NCBI GenBank assembly: GCA_964574245.1
Contig: CAZNLV010000005.1
Coordinates: forward strand, 1-34,963
DNA: 34,963 nt
Source: an uncultured Candidatus Saccharibacteria bacterium
Lineage (GTDB): Bacteria; Patescibacteriota; Saccharimonadia; Saccharimonadales; UBA4665
Direction: 5' to 3'
Below the pieces are notes generated by a model that made no database searches, was not told the DNA's origin, and worked only from the letters and a program-made list of their open reading frames with translations. Position 1 is the stretch's first letter, and each line of letters begins with the position of its first letter. Shown piece after piece: positions 25,189-34,717 of this stretch. The position numbers and the translations under genes were made by a program.

Positions 25189-26133
25189 ATGACATTGTTG
25201 TGGCTGCTCGGTTCGGTGCTGGTCATCGGTGTCCTTGTGTGGCTGTCTTGGGGTCACCCCTTTCCACTCATCCAAACACGCGGTGATATAGCGAATCGCC
25301 AGCGCGACCTACTTTTTTTCGCTACGCTACTCGCGCTTCTCGTGCTACTCCCTGTGTATTTTTTGATTTTTACGTTTGCGTGGCGATACCGCGCTGGCCA
25401 CCGCAAAGAATACAAACCAGAATGGGCCTCTCACAAAGGATATGAGGCGCTTTGGTGGGGCATACCGATCGCCATCATCAGCGTCCTTGCAGTCGTCACT
25501 TGGGTGACGTCGCATAGCCTCGATCCCTTTAAACCGATTGCTTCGCAGCAGAAACCGCTGCATATACAGGTGGTGGCACTGCAATGGAAATGGCTGTTTC
25601 TATATCCCGAGCAGCACGTCGCGAGCGTCAATGAGTTTGCGTTTCCCGTTGACCGTCCTGTCGAGCTTACCATCACCTCGGATGCACCAATGAACAGTTT
25701 CTGGCTGCCACAGCTGGCCGGACAGATCTATGCCATGAGCGGTATGTCTACCCAGCTCCATATACAAGCAAACGCTCGGGGCGACTACAAGGGCGTGTCG
25801 TCCAATATTAGTGGTAAGGGATTTGCGGATATGCGGTTTACGGCCCGAGCGATGAGTCGACCCGAGTATGGTGCGTGGCTTCTGCACGCAGTAGATACGG
25901 GTAACCGCATGGATATGACAGCGTATGAAAAACTCGCACAGCCGGGTGTTTCAAAAACCATGTTTTTCGGTCTTGATGACACCGGACTCTACGACCGGGT
26001 TATACTAAAATACATGGCCGGCAGCACTGAGCACACTCAAAATGGGATGAAACCGACAGATGCAGATCAGCCATCCCCGACGAAGAGTTCAGCGGATGAG
26101 GGTATGGACATGACACATATGGAGGGCATGTGA
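25189..26133 (+). CDS. cyoA: Cytochrome bo3-type ubiquinol oxidase subunit II
   Basis: LQWKWLFLYPEQHVASVNEFAFP...TSDAPMNSFWLPQLAGQIYAMSGMSTQLHIQANARGDYKGVSSNISGKGFADMRF parallels the E. coli CyoA quinol-oxidase-type domain, which has no CuA Cys/His ligands. The MDMTHMEGM tail is also CyoA-like. Confidence 0.92.
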   Translation: MTLLWLLGSVLVIGVLVWLSWGHPFPLIQTRGDIANRQRDLLFFATLLALLVLLPVYFLIFTFAWRYRAGHRKEYKPEWASHKGYEALWWGIPIAIISVLAVVTWVTSHSLDPFKPIASQQKPLHIQVVALQWKWLFLYPEQHVASVNEFAFPVDRPVELTITSDAPMNSFWLPQLAGQIYAMSGMSTQLHIQANARGDYKGVSSNISGKGFADMRFTARAMSRPEYGAWLLHAVDTGNRMDMTAYEKLAQPGVSKTMFFGLDDTGLYDRVILKYMAGSTEHTQNGMKPTDADQPSPTKSSADEGMDMTHMEGM

Positions 26134-26134
26134 G

Positions 26135-28114
26135 ATGATGCTCGCAAACCTTCTCGGGCAAATGGAATGGAGCTATTTCTGGCATGGCTGGGTGCAGTTC
26201 GGCGGTCAAGCTGGAACCGTCGGCGGGGCGCTGCTGGTTGCGGCATTGCTGACTTATTTTAAAAAATGGACGTGGCTATGGCGCGAGTGGTTGACGACAC
26301 AAGATGCCAAAAAAATTGGGGTCATGTACATCGTTGTCGCGACAGTGATGTTGCTGCGGGGTTTTGGCGACGCGGTGATGATGAAACTGCAACAGGCGAT
26401 AGCGAGCGGCCATTCCAGTGGTTTTCTGGACTCAGAGCATTTCCAGCAGATTTTTACGGCACACGGCACGATCATGATTTTCTTTGTGGCGATGGGCCTG
26501 ATGTTTGGCCTCATCAACTTGGTTCTGCCGCTTATGCTGGGGACCCGCGACGTGGCTTTTCCGACACTCAACTCTATCAGCTTTTATCTATATCTCGCGG
26601 GGGTGGTGCTGGTGAATCTATCGCTGGTATACGGAGAATTTGGCGCAGTCGGTTGGCTCGCTTACCCGCCGCTGTCAGAGCTGGCGTACAGTCCTGGACC
26701 GGGGGTTGACTATTGGCTATGGTCTATCCAGATTGCTGGGATCGGTTCGACGCTTTCGGGCATAAATTTCCTCGTGACCATTTTGAAGCTGCGTTGCAAA
26801 GGCATGACATTCATGAAAATGCCGATTTTTGCGTGGAGCGTGCTGGGTACTATGATGCTCGTTGTGGTCGTTTTCCCCATCCTGACAGCGACGCTTTTCA
26901 TGCTGTCGCTCGACCGCGCGATGGGTATGCACTTTTTTACCGCGGATCTCGGTGGAAACGCCATGATGTATATCAACCTTATCTGGGCATGGGGACACCC
27001 TGAGGTGTATATATTGGTGCTCCCAGCCTTTGGTATGTATAGCGAAATCGTGGCGACACTCAGCCGTAAGCGACTGTTTGGCTACACGAGTATGGTGTGG
27101 GCACTGATGGCGATAACCGTGTTGTCGTTTTTGGTCTGGGCTCATCATTTCTTTACCATGGGAGCCGGCGGCAATGTCAATGCTTTTTTCGGTATTATGA
27201 CGATGGTTATCGCTATACCGACCGGTGTCAAAGTCTTTAACTGGCTGTTTACGATGTACAAAGGGCGCATCGAGTTTATGACACCGATGTGGTGGTTCAT
27301 GGCGTTTGTGACGACATTTCTCATCGGGGGTGCGACGGGCGTGTTGCTCGCTGTGCCGGCCATCGATTTTCAGGTGCATAACAGCCTGTTTTTGGTGGCG
27401 CATTTCCACAATACTATCATCAGCGGTGTTGTCTTTGGCTATCTCGGAGGGATTGCGTACTGGTTTCCGAAGATTTTTGGGTTCCGCCTGCACGAGCGCC
27501 TTGGTAAAGCCGCGGTGACCTGCTGGGTTGTTGGGTTCCTTGTGACGTTTATCCCTATTTATATCCTCGGTTTTATGGGAGCTACGAGACGGCTAGATCA
27601 CTATGATCCGTCGCTTGGGTGGCAGGGGCTATTTATCGTCTCAGGAATTGGTACGATGATTATTGGGCTGGGCGTGGTGTTCCAGCTTTTACAGATCGGA
27701 GTCAGCATCTGGAAGCGGCATGAACTGCGCGACCAAACCGGCGACCCATGGGACGGCCGGACACTCGAGTGGTCAGTCCCCTCACCTGCCCCGCACTATA
27801 ACTTCGCTCGTCTGCCTGTCGTCACGACCCGTGACCCCTTCTGGGAGGCAAAACAGCAAGGAACTTCACTATACCCCAGTGAGTATACAGCATTTGAGTT
27901 ACCCAAAAATACAGGGCTGGGAGTGCTGGTGGGCGGCTTTGCCTGTGTGTTTGGTTTTGCGGTCATTTGGCACCTGTGGTGGCTGGCAGCCGTGGCGGTG
28001 GCGGGAGTGGTCTTTGTGCTCGTGCGGCGGACATTTGATGACGTGGTAGAGTATGAGGTGTCGGCGGCCGAAGCGAAGCGGCTCGACGCCCATGCGGGAA
28101 AGGCGGTTGTATGA
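26135..28114 (+). CDS. cyoB: Cytochrome bo3-type ubiquinol oxidase subunit I (heme-copper oxidase)
   Basis: WAWGHPEVYILVLPAFG, VWAHHFFTMG, and the heme-ligand region VAHFHNTII. About 14-15 TM segments, 659 aa. Confidence 0.97.
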   Translation: MMLANLLGQMEWSYFWHGWVQFGGQAGTVGGALLVAALLTYFKKWTWLWREWLTTQDAKKIGVMYIVVATVMLLRGFGDAVMMKLQQAIASGHSSGFLDSEHFQQIFTAHGTIMIFFVAMGLMFGLINLVLPLMLGTRDVAFPTLNSISFYLYLAGVVLVNLSLVYGEFGAVGWLAYPPLSELAYSPGPGVDYWLWSIQIAGIGSTLSGINFLVTILKLRCKGMTFMKMPIFAWSVLGTMMLVVVVFPILTATLFMLSLDRAMGMHFFTADLGGNAMMYINLIWAWGHPEVYILVLPAFGMYSEIVATLSRKRLFGYTSMVWALMAITVLSFLVWAHHFFTMGAGGNVNAFFGIMTMVIAIPTGVKVFNWLFTMYKGRIEFMTPMWWFMAFVTTFLIGGATGVLLAVPAIDFQVHNSLFLVAHFHNTIISGVVFGYLGGIAYWFPKIFGFRLHERLGKAAVTCWVVGFLVTFIPIYILGFMGATRRLDHYDPSLGWQGLFIVSGIGTMIIGLGVVFQLLQIGVSIWKRHELRDQTGDPWDGRTLEWSVPSPAPHYNFARLPVVTTRDPFWEAKQQGTSLYPSEYTAFELPKNTGLGVLVGGFACVFGFAVIWHLWWLAAVAVAGVVFVLVRRTFDDVVEYEVSAAEAKRLDAHAGKAVV

Positions 28115-28785
28115 GCCGGCTCAACACAGTGTCTCGGGCTCCCTTGACCCTGCATTCCGAACAAGATTTTAAGCCTCGTCCAGAACCGATACGCCACGCT
28201 AGAGAACATCCCCTCGCGGGAACGGGGACAAGCCAAAGCAAGGTTCAGCTCGGTTTTTGGATCTACCTCATGACGGACTGTATACTATTTGCGACGCTGT
28301 TCGCGACCTTTATGGTGCTGCGCGGGCAAACGGCGGGTGGCGTGAGTGGTACCGAGATATTTGATCTGCCCTATGTGTTTTTTGAAACGATCCTACTGCT
28401 ACTAAGCAGTTTTGCGAGTGGCCTCGCACTTTTGTCGGCGCATGCACGCAATAAAGCAGCAACGCTCAGTTGGTTGGCGGTCGTTGGTTTGTTCGGCGCG
28501 GCGTTTTTGGGTATGGAACTCTATGAATTTCATGGGTTGGTAGCCGAGGGGCACAACTGGAAGCAGAGTGCGTTTTTGTCCTCGTATTTTGGACTGGTGG
28601 GAACGCACGGGTTGCATATTTTCACGGGTCTCGTGTGGCTCGGCGCGAGCGCTCTCTACCTGAAATCGCGAGGGTTTTCACGGCGTTTCATGACCCGGTT
28701 ACAGCTCTTTACGATGTTTTGGCATTTTCTCGATCTCGTGTGGGTCGGTATATTTACCATAGTGTACCTATTGGGGGTTATGTGA
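28111..28785 (+). CDS. cyoC: Cytochrome bo3-type ubiquinol oxidase subunit III
   Basis: LGFWIYLMTDCILFATLFATFMVL is near-identical in pattern to E. coli CyoC. There is an ATGA overlap with cyoB. Confidence 0.93.
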   Translation: MSRLNTVSRAPLTLHSEQDFKPRPEPIRHAREHPLAGTGTSQSKVQLGFWIYLMTDCILFATLFATFMVLRGQTAGGVSGTEIFDLPYVFFETILLLLSSFASGLALLSAHARNKAATLSWLAVVGLFGAAFLGMELYEFHGLVAEGHNWKQSAFLSSYFGLVGTHGLHIFTGLVWLGASALYLKSRGFSRRFMTRLQLFTMFWHFLDLVWVGIFTIVYLLGVM

Positions 28786-29183
28786 TGAGTCGACGTGGAC
28801 GTATCGATAAGCTTCCTGACTTTCGTACCGCGAGTATCGCAGCGTATACGACTGGTTTTGTGCTGTCACTGACGCTCACCGTAGGGGCATTTGCGCTCGT
28901 GCAGGCGACACGGGCAGCAGGCGATATGTTTAGCCGAGGATTTTTGATCGGTGTACTCGCAGTCCTCGCGGCCACTCAGATGATCGTCCAAGTTTTGTTT
29001 TTCCTCCATTTGTCTCCCGAGCGCCGACGTCGCTTTGATGGCATCGCTCTGCTGTTTACGATATTTGCTGTTCTGTGCATTGTAGTTGGATCGATTTGGA
29101 TTATGGAAAACCTCAACTACAATATGATGCCACAGCACCAGACTGAGTATACCGAGCAGCACGAAGGTATTATGCGCCAGTGA
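28785..29183 (+). CDS. cyoD: Cytochrome bo3-type ubiquinol oxidase subunit IV
   Basis: Small 3-TM protein in the cyoD position (YTTGFVLSLTLTVGAF..., QVLFFLHL). The start overlaps the cyoC stop (TGATG). Confidence 0.8.
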   Translation: MSRRGRIDKLPDFRTASIAAYTTGFVLSLTLTVGAFALVQATRAAGDMFSRGFLIGVLAVLAATQMIVQVLFFLHLSPERRRRFDGIALLFTIFAVLCIVVGSIWIMENLNYNMMPQHQTEYTEQHEGIMRQ

Positions 29184-30040
29184 AGTTGAAGAACTTTCTC
29201 TTGGTCACAAAGCCGGGGATTGTCGTCGGTAATGTACTGGCGGTGTTCGGAGGGTTTTTGTACGCGGCCGGTGATGATGGTGTGCGGCTCGCAGCCCTTT
29301 TTGGCGTGACGGTGGGTGTACTCTTTGTGATTGCGGCGTCGTGTGTCGTCAATAACTACCTAGACCGTGGCATCGATAGTCGTATGCGGCGGACTGCCAA
29401 AAGGCCATCGGTGACAGGGGTTATCCCCTACCGAACTGCTATACTCTACGCCGCCATCATGTACGTGCTAGGATTTGGGCTTATGCTGTGGCAGACAAAT
29501 CTACTGACGGTAGCCATCGGTTTGTTTGGGGCGGTTTTTTATACGCTTGTCTATGGACTAGCGAAGCGGCGCACGCACTGGGGTACGTTGGTCGGAGCCC
29601 TGCCGGGAGCGACCCCACCACTCGCTGGGTACACGGCCGCAACTGGGCAGCTGGACCTAGCGGCGTGGTTGCTTTTTGCGGTCATGGTTTGCTGGCAGAT
29701 GCCTCATTTTTATGCCATTGGCGTCTTCCGGCTTGAAGATTACGAGGCGGCGCATGTACCCGTGCTCCCGGCGGTGAGAGGTCTGAGTAGGACAGTCTGG
29801 GAAATGCGTCTGTACGGGCTCCTTTTTGTCATCACCTGTTATGCGCTAGCCCGATGGGGCCATGCGGGCTTTATGTTTGGAACAGCCATGGTGCTTCTGG
29901 GGCTGTACTGGCTGCAACCGATGTTTAGTCCTCATTGGCGCGGCGAAACGGTAGCGACTGCTCGCACGGTGTTTAAACGTTCACTGCACGTTCTTTTTGG
30001 CCTCTGTTTTTTCCTCGCAATGTCACACGTTTTGCTGTAG
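29180..30040 (+). CDS. cyoE: Protoheme IX farnesyltransferase (heme O synthase), GTG start
   Basis: UbiA-family motifs NNYLDRGIDSRMRRTAKRP and YTLVYGLAKRRTHWGTLVGALPGATPPLAGY. GTGA overlap with cyoD. Confidence 0.93.
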   Translation: MKLKNFLLVTKPGIVVGNVLAVFGGFLYAAGDDGVRLAALFGVTVGVLFVIAASCVVNNYLDRGIDSRMRRTAKRPSVTGVIPYRTAILYAAIMYVLGFGLMLWQTNLLTVAIGLFGAVFYTLVYGLAKRRTHWGTLVGALPGATPPLAGYTAATGQLDLAAWLLFAVMVCWQMPHFYAIGVFRLEDYEAAHVPVLPAVRGLSRTVWEMRLYGLLFVITCYALARWGHAGFMFGTAMVLLGLYWLQPMFSPHWRGETVATARTVFKRSLHVLFGLCFFLAMSHVLL

Positions 30041-30044
30041 TACA

Positions 30045-30977
30045 ATGAGGGCTATGGTTTGGCAGAAAAGAAGTTGGCAATGGCTGGCTGCAGCGCTCGT
30101 TTTTTCGCTCGTTGTTGTCTGGTATATGGTCCAAAATCTCGGTCAACTACACCGAAGCATTGAGATCATCCAGAGGACACCAGTATCCGGGTATCTATTT
30201 GCCGCTCCTCTGTTGCTGCTCACGTTTGTGCTGGCGGCTTTTTCATATGGGTTTCTTGCGTTTCATCCCCTAAAATTTCTTGAACTTTTTACCGTAGAAC
30301 TAGCGGCTGCAGCCGTGAACCGAGTGGTACCATCTGGACTCGGGGGAGCGGGCCTGCACGGTCTTTACCTGCATAACCGCAGACACACGGTTGCTGAGGC
30401 TACGGCGGTCGTGAGTACCAATAACCTACTCGGCGCCCTCGTACATGTGTCTATATTGGGGGCGGTGCTGGCGCCCGTGGCGTCCCGTCATTTTCACTTC
30501 AGACTGGGTATAGAACAGAGGTGGTTTTTACTTGGATGTGGTGCGATTTGTATGATGCTGTTCGCTCTCTGGATCTTCCGACGGGTCGTATACCGCTTTG
30601 TGCGGAACGTGCTAGCAAGTCTGAGAACATACGAGCAGCAACCACACAGGCTGGTGTATGCGGCATTTTCGCTGCTCGCGCTCACGCTGACAAATTTAGT
30701 TATACTGCATCTTGTCGCCAGCAGTTACGGAGTATGGCTGGATGCACCAACACTACTGGTCATATATTCCGTCGGAGTACTGATGGGTGCGGTGGTACCG
30801 ACGCCCGGCGGTCTTGCGGGAGTTGAGGCGGGACTTACCGGCGGTTTTATGGCATTTGGCGTGGAGAGCACGAACGCTATTGCTCTCGCCCTCACCTTCC
30901 GCCTTCTTACGTACTGGCTTCCAATTATCCCCGGTTTGATAGCCCTTGTTGTCGCTCGTGCACACCGCTTACTCTAA
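30045..30977 (+). CDS. UPF0104 / LPG-synthase-TM (flippase-like) family membrane protein
   Basis: About 8 TM segments, with the family-typical VPTPGGLAGVEAGLTGGF and VPSGLGGAGLHGLY motifs. Confidence 0.65.
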   Translation: MRAMVWQKRSWQWLAAALVFSLVVVWYMVQNLGQLHRSIEIIQRTPVSGYLFAAPLLLLTFVLAAFSYGFLAFHPLKFLELFTVELAAAAVNRVVPSGLGGAGLHGLYLHNRRHTVAEATAVVSTNNLLGALVHVSILGAVLAPVASRHFHFRLGIEQRWFLLGCGAICMMLFALWIFRRVVYRFVRNVLASLRTYEQQPHRLVYAAFSLLALTLTNLVILHLVASSYGVWLDAPTLLVIYSVGVLMGAVVPTPGGLAGVEAGLTGGFMAFGVESTNAIALALTFRLLTYWLPIIPGLIALVVARAHRLL

Positions 30978-31162
30978 AGATTGTTCTACAGATCAAGCTG
31001 CCCGCTTCTGAGGCCACTCAGATTACTAGCTTATTCTATTTTGTACGGCTGTCTGTCAAGCTACCTTTTTCAGGCTCGGCTCAACGCATTTGGAAGATCA
31101 CGAATGTAGATAATCCGACACTCAAATGGTTCGTACTTGCGCCTATAGCCATTTGCCTCATC

Positions 31163-31342
31163 ATGAGTGCGTGGATGCTCGTATTCATGTGGTATATCGT
31201 CATTTTCGGGCTGTTTGGTATCTTCGTCATCCCGTTTCGGTTTCTAACCCGTAGCGGCCGCTACAACAGGCGTAGCAAGCTACAACACCGAGAATTGCTT
31301 GAAGCTATCCGTGACGGTAAAATGAACAAAACAGCCGAGTAA
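31163..31342 (+). CDS. Possible small 2-TM membrane protein (at least 59 aa; the true start is probably upstream and non-ATG)
   Basis: Hand translation gives MSAWMLVFMWYIVIFGLFGIFVIPFRFLTRSGRYNRRSKLQHRELLEAIRDGKMNKTAE*. The frame stays open and hydrophobic upstream (KWFVLAPIAICLI). It is below the 60-aa track cutoff. Confidence 0.35.
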   Translation: MSAWMLVFMWYIVIFGLFGIFVIPFRFLTRSGRYNRRSKLQHRELLEAIRDGKMNKTAE

Positions 31343-31352
31343 ACTCGTCTGG

Positions 31353-31381
31353 ACTTTGACTTTCTTTTAGAAAATCAAAGT
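31353..31381. terminator. AT-rich hairpin between convergent genes (possible bidirectional terminator)
   Basis: ACTTTGA-c-TTTC tttta GAAA-a-TCAAAGT, followed by attt. Confidence 0.35.
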
Positions 31382-31393
31382 ATTTGTCTAGAG

Positions 31394-32791
31394 CTACGGC
31401 TTAAGCATATCAGCGATTTGCTGCTTTGCGGCGTCAACCGTTTTTTGGTCGGGAATCATCACGTAGAGGGGCATTGAACCCATGCTGTAGGTTGGCGAGG
31501 TGGCGCCGGTACCATCGACATCTATCGAGGTTATCTGCCAGCCTTTCATATCATCAAGCTGCTTGTTGGCAAGCGTGGTAAGGGAGGCTTCGCTAACATT
31601 GGTTTGGACAGAGCCTTGGAGAGTGCTAAGAAGCGAATTGTAATGAACAATGTTACTTGGTTTACTGAGCTTGGCGATGATGGCTTCTATGACGCGTTGT
31701 TGGTTGCGACCACGTTCCCGGTCACCCGCTTCAAAGCTATAGCGCTCGCGCGAAAATTCAAGGGCTTGGGTGCTACTAAGAGTGTTGTACCCTTTTTTGT
31801 AGGATTTGAAATCATAATCTGAGTAGACGCTAATCGGCCCGATAGTATCGACGATTTTGATCAGTGACGAAAAGTTGAGTCGGATATAATATGGCACCTC
31901 AACACCGTACAAGTCCTCAATGGTTTGACGTGACATGTCGATACCATATACGCCGGCATGAGTTAGCTTGTCGCGGATGCCAGTTGTACCATGTAGCTGC
32001 ACGTAGTAATCGCGTGGCGTATTGACCAGCAAGATACTGCGCCGGTATGGGTTAACGGCTGCCAGGATATTGACGTCGCTGCGTGAGGCGCTGCCGATGT
32101 CGCCGTATGTATCGATGCCACTGATGTAAATAGCAAATGGTTTAGCAACGTCAGCGGTCGGCGTAGCGGAGTGCTGTTCTTTAACCATGAATGTCCCTAT
32201 GACTTCAATGCCCTGGTAAAAGTCGGGGTTATTCTCTTTCACGATACTTAGGCTAGCACTCCGCAAAGCAGCAATCTGTATGTCTTGATTTGTTACCAGA
32301 GACTCAAACAAGCTCGTCAGGTTTTTATAGTTCGAGGGTGTGGCGTCGGTTTTGCTAGAAAGTGCTTGTATAACGTCGCTATACTGCTGGTCGGTCTCGA
32401 CAACGCCGCAGGTTACGGCCGAGTCGAGCGAAGTGCCACTATCTTTTTTGGCGATGACGGAGTATTCGACATAGCTGACGCTGGCTTGTTGGATGCCACT
32501 CATGAAAGATGTCGTTTGGCGCATGGCCATATATACACCTACATTTAGGATGGTCGCCAGTAGTAATACAGCAGCGCTCATAAAAGCTACGCTACGGCGG
32601 TGAAGTTTCGCGCGCATCATAGCGATGCTCGCCGCTAGTATGATAGCCGTATAGAGTGGCAGCGCTATCCATAAGTAGCGGGATGGTATATAGCCCGCGG
32701 CCACTAGTGCGTAGGCAGCGGCTAGCAAAGAAATCAGCGCAAGGGCGCTGATGAAAATACGCAAGGTTGATAGAGCCTGGGGATGTTTCAT
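31394..32791 (-). CDS. LCP (LytR-CpsA-Psr) family cell-envelope polymer transferase
   Basis: N-terminal TM anchors, then the LCP core: ISGIDTYGD...SRSDVNILAAVNPYRRSILLVNTPRDYYV, KLTHAGVYG, and ALEFSRERYSFEAGDRERGRNQQRVIEAI. Confidence 0.88.
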   Translation of the reverse strand: MKHPQALSTLRIFISALALISLLAAAYALVAAGYIPSRYLWIALPLYTAIILAASIAMMRAKLHRRSVAFMSAAVLLLATILNVGVYMAMRQTTSFMSGIQQASVSYVEYSVIAKKDSGTSLDSAVTCGVVETDQQYSDVIQALSSKTDATPSNYKNLTSLFESLVTNQDIQIAALRSASLSIVKENNPDFYQGIEVIGTFMVKEQHSATPTADVAKPFAIYISGIDTYGDIGSASRSDVNILAAVNPYRRSILLVNTPRDYYVQLHGTTGIRDKLTHAGVYGIDMSRQTIEDLYGVEVPYYIRLNFSSLIKIVDTIGPISVYSDYDFKSYKKGYNTLSSTQALEFSRERYSFEAGDRERGRNQQRVIEAIIAKLSKPSNIVHYNSLLSTLQGSVQTNVSEASLTTLANKQLDDMKGWQITSIDVDGTGATSPTYSMGSMPLYVMIPDQKTVDAAKQQIADMLKP

Positions 32792-32811
32792 GACAATATT
32801 GTTTAGCTATT

Positions 32812-33258
32812 CTACAATTTCTCGGACTTTTTGTAAAATTTGGAGGACAGTGCTGCGTACACTACAACCCCTACGGCTGCGCCAGCGGTGTCGATTAGGA
32901 CGTCACGCACTTCACCACTACGGCCAGGTACAAACATTTGGTGTACCTCGTCTGTGCAGGCATATAGCATGGCTATGGCGATGCTTATGATTATCATTTT
33001 CTTTACACCTAGATCATATTCTTTGAGTAAGTTAAAAAGTAGAACCCCGAGTACAAAGTAAGCGCAAATGTGAGCAGCCTTCCGTACTAAAAAGGTCAGT
33101 AGGTCGGCTGGAGCACTGACCCCTATGGATTGTATGGTGCGAACGATCTCGTCGCTACGTGCTGAAGAAGTACCTGCGACTTCGCTGGACATAAGGAATA
33201 TGACTAGCATCCACACGGCTACAAAAATATATTTTATTGCGAGTCGTCGATTCACCAT
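32812..33258 (-). CDS. VanZ-family membrane protein
   Basis: LVRKAAHICAYFVLGVLLF and TDEVHQMFVPGRSGEVRDVLIDTAGAAVGV are VanZ hallmarks. I chose the start at 33258, just after the upstream stop at 33260-33262. Confidence 0.85.
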   Translation of the reverse strand: MVNRRLAIKYIFVAVWMLVIFLMSSEVAGTSSARSDEIVRTIQSIGVSAPADLLTFLVRKAAHICAYFVLGVLLFNLLKEYDLGVKKMIIISIAIAMLYACTDEVHQMFVPGRSGEVRDVLIDTAGAAVGVVVYAALSSKFYKKSEKL

Positions 33259-33259
33259 G

Positions 33260-34714
33260 CTACAACTTCTTCTCCTCGATCTCTTCGAAGATATGTTGCT
33301 CAGCCGCGAGAGGGTGTCGACGAGCAAGTAGTTTTGTTTTGATGACCCCGATGGTGGAGCGATTTAGCGCGATAGAGAGTACTAATGCAATGAGCGCATT
33401 CAGTATATTGAGCGTAGGATGATTGACATAGTACAAGGTAGACACGAGTACGAACGCAAATGTAAGTATTGCGAATAACATGTAGTCGTACGTAATATTT
33501 ACATATCTTTTCATGTCATGGTAGCGATAAATTGCCATACCGCCGTAGGCCACGGCGGTAGATATGGCAGCTGCCCATATACCGATGAACCAGATCAGAC
33601 CGAGATTCACCACCAAGTTAATTACGGCAGCAGCAATTGAAGTGTTCGTAACCTGTTTGGTAAGTTTTTTGGCGATGTAGATTGCTGAATAGAAACTGAC
33701 AACAGTATTAAATATTGTCCCCAGTATTAAAATTGGCAAATACAATAATGCCTCGCTATATTTTTCATTTACCAAGAAAGGAAAGATTATTGGCGTAGCG
33801 CTCATTACCAAAATGCCTAATGTGCTGAAGGCCCGAAGTGTCGTGTTTGCTACACTAGAAAAAAATTCATCCCGGTCGGGGTCATTTATGGCAAGTACAG
33901 CAGATTCACTCCAGGATGCATAAAATATGGAGCCGAAACTATTAGCGATGTTGGCAAATTTATTAGTCACGGCGTAGATTCCGTTTGCTGCGACGCCTAG
34001 CGCTATTGTAATTATTGTGCGGTCAGAGGCATTAAAGACCCACCATGAGATAGTGTTTGGTATAAGAGGTAAGGAGAACGCAAGAAGTTGCTTCTTAGTA
34101 GCACGATCGCGTGCCGTTAATTTAATCGAGTGGTGCGCTCCAATAACTATCGCCAAAACTATAGATGGCACGAGTATACCGAGAGCGATACCGAGCAACA
34201 TCCCGCCAGCGCCCATCTGCATGTGCAGCATAAAAACTAGATTTAGCACTACAGTCAGCAGTCCTTGCGCAATTCCAGTTATGGCAAAAGCTTTCGTCCG
34301 CCCTAGCCCGCGCGCAATTTGCAAAACCAAATCACCGAAAATAAATGAAGCAAAATAGAACGCCATGGTCGCCGCAAGTGGAATATCCATAAAGAGATTT
34401 GCAATAAAGTATATTGCCGCTATAGCTAACGATACAATCGCTGTAATTTCCACTGCATTAGTAATGACCTTGCGCTGAGCATCTTGGTCTGAGCGAACAT
34501 CAATCAGATAACGGAAAATTGCTTGCTGCACATTAAGCATGATTAATGGCGCAAACAAGCCTGCGTAGGTCATGATTAAGTCAGCGGTACCATATTCACC
34601 AGTTGACAGTGTCGCAGTATAAAGCGGCAGCATAAAAAACATGACTAATTGTGTAGAGATTCTACTAATTGCAATCAGCAGAGTATTTTTGGCTAGCGCG
34701 GCAGTTTTGCTCAT
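33260..34714 (-). CDS. Oligosaccharide/polysaccharide flippase (Wzx-like, MOP superfamily)
   Basis: 484 aa with about 12-14 TM segments. The N-terminus AKNTLLIAISRISTQLVMFFMLPLYT is typical of polysaccharide biosynthesis (Polysacc_synt) proteins. It sits in an envelope gene cluster. Confidence 0.8.
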   Translation of the reverse strand: MSKTAALAKNTLLIAISRISTQLVMFFMLPLYTATLSTGEYGTADLIMTYAGLFAPLIMLNVQQAIFRYLIDVRSDQDAQRKVITNAVEITAIVSLAIAAIYFIANLFMDIPLAATMAFYFASFIFGDLVLQIARGLGRTKAFAITGIAQGLLTVVLNLVFMLHMQMGAGGMLLGIALGILVPSIVLAIVIGAHHSIKLTARDRATKKQLLAFSLPLIPNTISWWVFNASDRTIITIALGVAANGIYAVTNKFANIANSFGSIFYASWSESAVLAINDPDRDEFFSSVANTTLRAFSTLGILVMSATPIIFPFLVNEKYSEALLYLPILILGTIFNTVVSFYSAIYIAKKLTKQVTNTSIAAAVINLVVNLGLIWFIGIWAAAISTAVAYGGMAIYRYHDMKRYVNITYDYMLFAILTFAFVLVSTLYYVNHPTLNILNALIALVLSIALNRSTIGVIKTKLLARRHPLAAEQHIFEEIEEKKL

Positions 34715-34717
34715 CTG

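Noticed and set aside
25029-25226. N-terminal extensions of the 407-aa ORF (to 25226) and of cyoA (from 25087)
   Set aside because: The two extensions overlap each other on opposite strands in what must be the divergent promoter region. The CyoA homology begins at the signal-anchor MTLLWLLGSV (25189).
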